Source: an uncultured delta proteobacterium
GTDB taxonomy: Bacteria; Myxococcota_A; Polyangia; Polyangiales; Polyangiaceae
Direction of reading: 5' to 3'
Assembly (NCBI GenBank): GCA_963835565.1
Contig: CAWIGY010000075.1
Location: forward strand, 88 to 64,087
DNA length: 64,000 bases
Part shown: piece after piece, positions 57,488 to 64,000 of the stretch
Position numbering within the stretch: position 1 is the stretch's first letter
Layout of the letters: each line of letters opens with the position of its first letter
Translations under genes and position numbers: made by a program
Notes under the pieces: model-generated
Seen by the model: only the letters and a program-made list of their open reading frames with translations
What the model was told of the DNA's origin: nothing
Databases searched by the model: none

Positions 57488-58178
57488 TCAATTTGAGCTA
57501 GCCGGGCCGCCCCCGGTGGAAGCGATGACTCCGTACAGAGCAATTGTGGCCTGACCGCCCGTGCTTGGTTTGCCACCCGTAGCTAGGTCACCAGTTGAGC
57601 CGCCGACATTATACATAACGCCGTAGTCGACCGTCACTTGGCCGCCCAAGGCGGCGTTGCCACCCGTTGGGAAACCCGCGTCGATGCCTCCCGCTGCACC
57701 GCTGGCGGTCGAGCCTCCCGGGGGACTCTTGGCTCCACCGGTGGCTGCCTTGCCACCGGTGGTCTGCGTGCCAGCCACGATCATCGGGCCGTACATGTAC
57801 TGCGCCATGCCGCCAGTCGCCGATGGACTGCCGCCGTCAATGGCGCTGCGTCCGCCCGTTGCCGAGCCGCTCCGCCGCCTTACCGTCGAGCCGCCCACTA
57901 TCATCGGGCCGTAGGCGGCACCTCCGACTCCCGAACTGCCTGCCGTCGGAACGCCCGAATTGATGCTGCTAGTTCCGCCGCTATTCTTATTCTGGGAGCC
58001 ACCAATGAGCGCCGGGCCGTAGTCGACGTTCACCATTCCCCCGGTCGCTGATGGTGTGCCCGCGTCAACACCGCCTGTTCCCGGCGAGCTGCCCGTGTTC
58101 GGCTCCGCCATTATCCGGCATGCCACCGCAGCCGATGAGCAAAGCGGAGATCGCTGCGGGATACCATCGCTTGTCCAT
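57488..58178 (-). pseudogene. Gly-rich repetitive lipoprotein, signal peptide out of frame
   Basis: AAGGAG Shine-Dalgarno sequence, then MDKRWYPAAISALLIGCGG from 58178. The body (ORF 57488-58126) has 4-5 repeats containing YGP(M/A)(I/L)(V/I)(G/A)G(S/T). The switch is at about 58110-58130. Confidence 0.55.
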
Positions 58179-58610
58179 AGTCGAACTCCTTAATTCGCCG
58201 CATAAGTAGACCTAAGCCGCGGCGGATTGAGGGAATATACACCCAATCGGGGTACTTAGCCCCTTGAAAGTTTTCCCGTCGGCCGTTCGTGAGGAAACGC
58301 GGGCCCGCCCGCTGACCTCTAGTCAGCCCGCACTCATGCGAACCGACTAAGTTGTCACTGATTTGGAACAGACCCCGTCATCAGCGAGGCTATTTTGACG
58401 TATGTTCCGGCCGCCCATCGCCACGGGTTCACGTCGAAGCGTGAGTATGACGAACGCATAACTGATCTCCGCATTGAGCCATGACAACCGGAACGTTTAC
58501 AGAAGTGCAAGTGACAAGCGCCGCGGAGCGCTGCCCGATGCAAGGGCGCCGTGGGTTGTGGTTTGTTGGGCGAGCCTGCCGTCAAGTTTATCGAGTGCCT
58601 GGCGGTCTGC

Positions 58611-60078
58611 GTGAATAGTCGATTCGTCACGGGCCGAAGCTTGCGCGGCTCAGTTGCCGCCTTGCTCATGTTATTGCCGGCCACCGTACGCGCGCAAGTC
58701 ACTGCCGCACCCAGGCCCGATGAGCAATTCGATATCATGAATTGGCTGACGCACAATGGACTGCACGACATCCAAGATGAAAGCTGGAACGCCTACGGAC
58801 AGTTCACCTGGATCTCAAGCTATAAAGCGCCCTTTTCCGCGCGATACACTAATCTGAACGGCAGCATCAACTCGCTTTTGACCCAGGGCGAGCACAGCTA
58901 TACGGGGACATTTACGGTCTTTCTTGGCGTTCGGCTCTGGCCTGGCGCCGAAGCCTATTATGTTCCCGAGGTCATTTCCGAAAAACCGCTGTCGAATCTC
59001 AAAGGGCTGGGTGCGGTACAGAATTTCGAGCTTCAAAAAGGCGGAACGACGACTCCACAAATCTATCGCTCGCGGTCGTATCTTCGGCAGACCATCGGGT
59101 TTGGAGGACAGCGAATCGTGAAGGATTCGGATCCGATGCAGCTCGGTTCGGTTGTAGACAGCCGGCGCCTGGTGCTGACAATAGGCAGCTTCAGTATTCT
59201 CGATTTTCTCGACAAGAACACATTTTCTGGCGACCTGCGTCGGCAATTCACCAACATTGTCTTCATGACGTATAACGCTTACGATTTCGGATCGGACGCG
59301 CGCGGTTATTCTTGGGGAGGCGTCGCCGAGCTCTATTACGACGACTGGGCGCTGCGCTATGGTCGGATAACGCCGCCCAAGAACCCGAATGTGCTGGCTC
59401 AAGAATTCCGACTCTACAAGTATTACGGCGACCAGGTTGAGCTCGAACACAAGCATCAGCTCTTCGGACAAGCGGGTGCGGTGCGGGTGCTCGGCTATCG
59501 AAACCGGGAAAATATGGGCCGTTTCGATGACGCCGTTGCGGCCTATCAGGCGGATCCCACGAAGAATGCTACCACCTGTACTAGCTACAATTACGGCTCT
59601 AATAATGCTACAGCGCCTGATCTTTGCTGGGTGCGCCGGCCCAACATCAAGCTTGGCATCGGGCTCAATCTCGAGCAGCACCTCACCGACGACATTGGCG
59701 TGTTCTTTCGAGGGATGGTACTCCGATGGACAAACCGAGGTCGATGCCTACTTTTCAACGGACCGATCAGTTTCTTTCGGGGCGCTTGCCAACGGAACTG
59801 CCTGGCATAGGCCTTTGGACGTTACCGGTGTCGGCACTGGCCTCGGCTGGATCTCAAAGGCGCACGCCAATTACTTGCGCATGGGTGGTGTCGATGGCTT
59901 CATTGGAGATGGCACCATTAACCAGGCCATGGAAAGCGTTATCGAGGCGTTCTATAGTGTGAACGTCGTGTCCTCGGTTTGGCTTTCGGCTGACTACCAA
60001 CACATCACGAACCCGGCTTTCAACGCGGACCGCGGCCCCGTCAACATCTATAGCGGGAGGGTTCATGCCGAATTCTGA
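58611..60078 (+). pseudogene. OprB-family carbohydrate-selective porin, one frameshift
   Basis: Signal peptide ...LLMLLPATVRAQ. OprB-like W..YGRITPPKNPN ... ends NIYSGRVHAEF. The junction GVFFRG|WYSDGQTEV lies at the G run at 59712-59714. Confidence 0.7.
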
Positions 60079-61126
60079 TCGTGCTAGAGTTTATTGCCGT
60101 TGCACGCAGACGAGGGCGCTGGCCCGTGCACGTATTTGGTTTGTTGTCACAGCTGCACTGGTAAATCTCTGGGCGATGGGAGCACGCGCCCAACTTCAAG
60201 CACAGGGTTTTGCCGTCGAGCGCTTCTATCCGTCGGCGCCGGGCGGCGGTTGGATGGTCATGGACGACCTTAGCATGCGCGGCAGGTTTGGCGGCGTCAA
60301 TCGCGATTTCAAGTGGCTACGCGTATAAGCCGCTGCACGTCTCAAATCGCGGCTCGCAATACTTGGCCGTCGTTAAAGCACGAGGCCTTCGCCGATGTCG
60401 GCGCTGCGGTAACCGTTGACCGCTATCGGTTTACCTGAATTTAACCACCCCACTGCTGATCAAAGGCCAGAGCGGCACGGTGGGCGCCTATCAATTCACA
60501 GCCCCCGACGTCAGTGTGGGCCGGGTCCCAGACCTTATCTCGGACGCGCGCATCGGATTCGACACCCGACTCATTGGCAATGCCAATAGTCCTTTCCGAT
60601 TCGGGCTCGGCGCGCAGCTCATCATCCCCAACGGCAACCGCAGTTACACCAACACTACCGATACTGAAGGCTATCTCCGCAATTACTACAGTTATTATGA
60701 CACGGACGGCCGTGTCCGCGGCATGCTTCGCGGCCTGGTATGCCGGTGATTGGGGCATTTTTGCGACCGCCGCACAGCTGGGTGTGCACATTCGCACGCT
60801 GAATGACTCGCCAACACCCGGTAGCCCGCGAGGCAGTGAGCTACTCTATGGCATTGCAGTGGGTCCCAAGTTTTCCTGTCACTCAGGACCATAGCCTCCG
60901 GGCCATAATTGGGCCCGAGATCTTCGGGGAAACTTCATTCCAATCATTCCTCGGCTCGACTAGCACCGCGCTAGAAGGGCTCATTACGGGACGCCTCGAA
61001 GGCACCGGGGACAAAGGCGCCCAACTGCGACTGAAACTCAGCACAGGCCGAGGCATTCACCAACAATTTGGCGCGCCTGATTGGCGGGTGGTCTTCGGGC
61101 TAGAGATGTTTGAGCATAATGATTGA
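60065..61126 (+). pseudogene. outer-membrane protein paralogous to the N-terminal barrel of 36265-37002, with three or more frame disruptions
   Basis: Coherent sequence is spread over ORFs 60065-60328, 60480-60749, 60514-60894 and 60803-61126 (GFAVERFYPSAPGGGWMVMDD ... GAPDWRVVFGLEMF). Confidence 0.45.
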
Positions 61127-61199
61127 GGGCAAGCGAAGTTAACCGCGGTTGGCCGAAATAGCAACCCTCGCGGCGCGCCAGCTCGCCATTAAGGTCTTA

Positions 61200-62216
61200 C
61201 TAATCAAGAGTAGGACAACCCGTCCTACACTGCCAAGTGGTTCCATTGAAAGAGCAAGGCATTCCCGCGCAATCTTGGTCGCTGGCACATCCGTCCGACG
61301 AAGTTGAGCAGTGGTACGCTATCACCGTTCCGAAGCACCCCAGCTCGAGACGACAGACTTGTCCCGCGCCGCAGTCACTGTCCGTTGAGCAATCAGCGGG
61401 AATGCAATGATTCTGCAGATCATCCTCTGAACAGGCGCAGCGCGAGCCCGCGCCGCAGTCGGCATCTACTGCACATTGGCTGTACACACAACGAGTAAAG
61501 AGGATAAACTTACTGCATTGACCGCCAGGTGCGCTCGTGCATTCCGTATCGAGCGCGCACGGCTGCTCAGGGTAATTGCAGTACCGACACGGGGCAGCCA
61601 TAATGCATTCGCCATCTGGGTAGCAATTGACATCACTCTCCGATGGCAGGCAGCTGCCTCCCGGCAGCGTCACGCAGTCACTGTTGACAGCGCATGACTC
61701 TATCTGACGCAGAGGGTAACTCGGGTAGGTGCAATAACTGTAGGGATCACCGCGGCAGGTACCGAATGCACTGTCTTGACAGGATTCCGGACCGCTACAC
61801 GTAGGCTGCAAGGTACAAAGTCGAACCGGATACGTGACGTAGTTGTAGTTAGGAGCTATCGAGCACGCTGCGCTCGGTAGTACGAGAAAGTCTTGCGAGA
61901 TTGGGCTTCCTTGGCAGCTAAGCGGCAAAACATTGTGCTCGCTGGTCAGGGGGGCAGCCAATGCGTCCCACGCTTCTTTGGTCATCGTGGCTGGGGGAAG
62001 TTGAATTGAAACCGGGCACGCTGGGTAACCGCCAGTGCCTTGTAAGCCGCCGTCAAATGACAAACCACCGACACTTGAAGCCCCGCCGACACTTGACTTT
62101 CCACCGAGACCTACGAAGCCGCCAACGGAGACGTCGGCGAAATTGGTACTTGAACCGCAGCCCACAGTGCACAGGGCGAGAACACATAGTGCGCTTGCGA
62201 TGAACTTGTCCCACAT
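61200..62216 (-). CDS. Cys-rich lipoprotein (Myxococcus-type Cys-rich repeats)
   Basis: Lipobox LCTVGCGSS, then a Gly/Ser linker. More than 40 Cys, including C-x-x-D-x-DCG-x-G-x-x-C repeats. Confidence 0.6.
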   Translation of the reverse strand: MWDKFIASALCVLALCTVGCGSSTNFADVSVGGFVGLGGKSSVGGASSVGGLSFDGGLQGTGGYPACPVSIQLPPATMTKEAWDALAAPLTSEHNVLPLSCQGSPISQDFLVLPSAACSIAPNYNYVTYPVRLCTLQPTCSGPESCQDSAFGTCRGDPYSYCTYPSYPLRQIESCAVNSDCVTLPGGSCLPSESDVNCYPDGECIMAAPCRYCNYPEQPCALDTECTSAPGGQCSKFILFTRCVYSQCAVDADCGAGSRCACSEDDLQNHCIPADCSTDSDCGAGQVCRLELGCFGTVIAYHCSTSSDGCASDQDCAGMPCSFNGTTWQCRTGCPTLD

Positions 62217-62287
62217 ATCGCGTGCCTCAATAATCAGCAGCCGACTGCAAGTATGCATCTACCGCTCAAGGCGTGCCACTGCTCGTG

Positions 62288-63448
62288 TTACTTCAAGGTT
62301 TGCACCAATCTGAAACCCATGCCCGGTCCGGATCGCAGGCTAGTGGCACCCGCGCCTTGGTTGCCGACTCGAAGTATGTTGGGCCATCCATTAAAAAAAC
62401 CGCCCCTCGTTTGTCGTTCGGAAGTGCTAGAGCTAGGAGTGAGCAAGCTGGTTGCATTGAGCTCTGCATCCCAGTCCACGAAAGGACCTGGCCCGTATGT
62501 CGCTGCTTCGGACTGTGTCCACTCACCAGCATTGCCAATGACATCATAGAGCCCCCAATCGTTGGGTAGCTTCTGGCCCACGGGATGCGTGTAAGGCCCG
62601 GCGTTGGCGCAGTACCAGGCAATGGGCAATAAGTGGGGCTCGTCGTAACAGGTGAACTCAACTTGGCCCGTATCCACGATATCTCCCGTGTACACGGTGG
62701 TTTTGGTGCCGGCTCTGGCGGCATATTCCCATTCCGCACCGGTAGGAAGACGGTATCCGGGGCAATCGTAGATGGAGGTGTACGTGGAGAGAACCGTGTC
62801 ACAAAGCAGCCCTGAGCCGAGTTCGCCCTGACAGTTCTCGAGGACATAGCAGGGTTGTATGCCTTCATTCTGGGAGAGCAGATTCGCGTATGCCAGCGTT
62901 TCAACCCAAGTTACGTTGCCTACAGGGCAGTTCTCGTCAGAACCGTCGCCGGTGCCGTCCGCCATGAGTCCAGAGGGATTCGGTAAACTTTCGGCCGTCC
63001 ATTGTTTTTGCGTGACTTCGAACTGTTGCATGCGAAAGCGATGTGTCAACGTCACCTGCGTTGGATTGTTCGCGAATGCCGCCCGGGACCACTGGCACCA
63101 GGAGTCACCCATGATGAAACAGCCGGGCTCAATCGTGCACCAGCCATTGGTGCAATTGGGAACGGCCTGTGGCTGGTCGCAAGGCGGCACATAATTGTCG
63201 GGTAGGTAGGGATCTCGATAACAGCCCGCATCCGCATTGCCGGCGTCAGCTAGACCGGCGCCGCCGGAGGCGTTACCGCCCCCGGCGCTCGCGTTGGACC
63301 CGGCGGAACCGAGACTGTTGGTTCCTCCAGATGAATTGTCCCCAGGCGAATCGACAGCCACCAGGCCGCAGCCCCATGCCAATAGGGCACCGAAACCAAG
63401 CAAGACTGCGCGATACCTATCGCTTAGCCCTGGGGACCAACCGGTCAT
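62288..63448 (-). CDS. FGE/SUMF1-domain lipoprotein
   Basis: Lipobox LLAWGCG. FGE hallmarks RLPTGAEWEYAARAG, NDWGLYDVIGNAGEWT and GFRLV. The ATG shares one nucleotide with the upstream stop (TAATG at 63446-63450). Confidence 0.85.
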   Translation of the reverse strand: MTGWSPGLSDRYRAVLLGFGALLAWGCGLVAVDSPGDNSSGGTNSLGSAGSNASAGGGNASGGAGLADAGNADAGCYRDPYLPDNYVPPCDQPQAVPNCTNGWCTIEPGCFIMGDSWCQWSRAAFANNPTQVTLTHRFRMQQFEVTQKQWTAESLPNPSGLMADGTGDGSDENCPVGNVTWVETLAYANLLSQNEGIQPCYVLENCQGELGSGLLCDTVLSTYTSIYDCPGYRLPTGAEWEYAARAGTKTTVYTGDIVDTGQVEFTCYDEPHLLPIAWYCANAGPYTHPVGQKLPNDWGLYDVIGNAGEWTQSEAATYGPGPFVDWDAELNATSLLTPSSSTSERQTRGGFFNGWPNILRVGNQGAGATSLRSGPGMGFRLVQTLK

Positions 63449-64000
63449 TACTCGTTTACCCCTTCATCATAAGCCCAGGTGTTGAAGCGCTGGTATCGAG
63501 CATCACCTGGTCCGCCGTTGTAATAGGACTCAGCAGCGCTATTTAGTGAGTTAAAAGTCACATTGGTATAATTGCTCGGGGTGCACTGGCCGCCGCAAGC
63601 AAGCTTGTAGATAGCGAAAAGGTCGAGCATCTGCGTGCGCGTTGCCGCCCTGCCACTGTCTTGTGACCCAATGTTGTAGTAGAATCGCATCCAATCGTAT
63701 TCTACACTTGTGCCATTGTAGCCACCGCCGCATTTTTTCATGTTCCACCGCAAATCGGGACCGGGGTTGTTATAATAATCTCCAAATCCATCCTTGGCCA
63801 TTGGCGGAGGTGCGTCGTCACCGGGCGTGGTCGAATTCGGAAATGGTTTGTAGTAAACAAACGTTGCGTTCGGTTGAGTATCTAAGTTGAACAGCTTGTC
63901 GCCATAGAACTGCGCAAAACCCTCTTTGGCGCCGATGTCCCATGGCCCTTGTGAGTTCAGGCAATGTGTCCCTTGCTCTGACGGAACACCGCTACAATTA
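63448..64000 (-). CDS. hypothetical protein, 5' end outside the window
   Basis: Hand translation shows the frame stays open from 63801 to the window edge (...WDIGAKEGFAQFYGDKLFNLDT...PPPMAKDGFGDYYNNPGPDLRW...). Translationally coupled to the FGE-like gene. Confidence 0.5.
   Translation of the reverse strand, partial: NCSGVPSEQGTHCLNSQGPWDIGAKEGFAQFYGDKLFNLDTQPNATFVYYKPFPNSTTPGDDAPPPMAKDGFGDYYNNPGPDLRWNMKKCGGGYNGTSVEYDWMRFYYNIGSQDSGRAATRTQMLDLFAIYKLACGGQCTPSNYTNVTFNSLNSAAESYYNGGPGDARYQRFNTWAYDEGVNE

Overview
64-kb chromosomal window, roughly mid-50s % GC by eye. It looks like a Myxococcota-type bacterium: a MYXO-CTERM-like sorting tail, a TIGR02266-type PilZ N-domain, Myxococcus-type Cys-rich repeats, a TSP3-OmpA protein, FGE/SUMF1 domains and a eukaryote-like Ser/Thr kinase. 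I found no rRNA, tRNA, CRISPR array, transposase, integrase or phage genes. Content is mainly envelope and secretome genes plus housekeeping and signalling genes. These include an RND efflux operon, a ClC channel, OmpA/OprB-type outer-membrane proteins, an alpha-2-macroglobulin, many Cys-rich or Gly-rich lipoproteins, gloB, recQ, cysteine synthase, HU, SDR, AKR, PilZ proteins, a Ser/Thr kinase and a class III cyclase. Four observations stand out. (1) A ~200-bp intergenic repeat family has three full copies, one truncated copy and two solo end modules. Its termini are conserved, it carries a 10-12-bp GC hairpin, and its core is variable but of constant length. It has no inverted repeats and no associated transposase. 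(2) An operon of unknown protein, alpha/beta-hydrolase and two translationally coupled radical-SAM/SPASM enzymes has no obvious precursor peptide. It sits next to a triple-repeat Cys-rich lipoprotein, a cupredoxin and an FGE-like gene. (3) About 18 genes are reading-frame disrupted. Three junctions I resolved by hand each fall at a 3-4-nt G/C homopolymer, which suggests assembly indels rather than true decay. In addition, one in-frame TAG sits inside a lipoprotein signal peptide. (4) A ~1-kb segment is bounded by 33-bp direct repeats. All functional calls rest on motifs read by eye from the translations. No database search was run.
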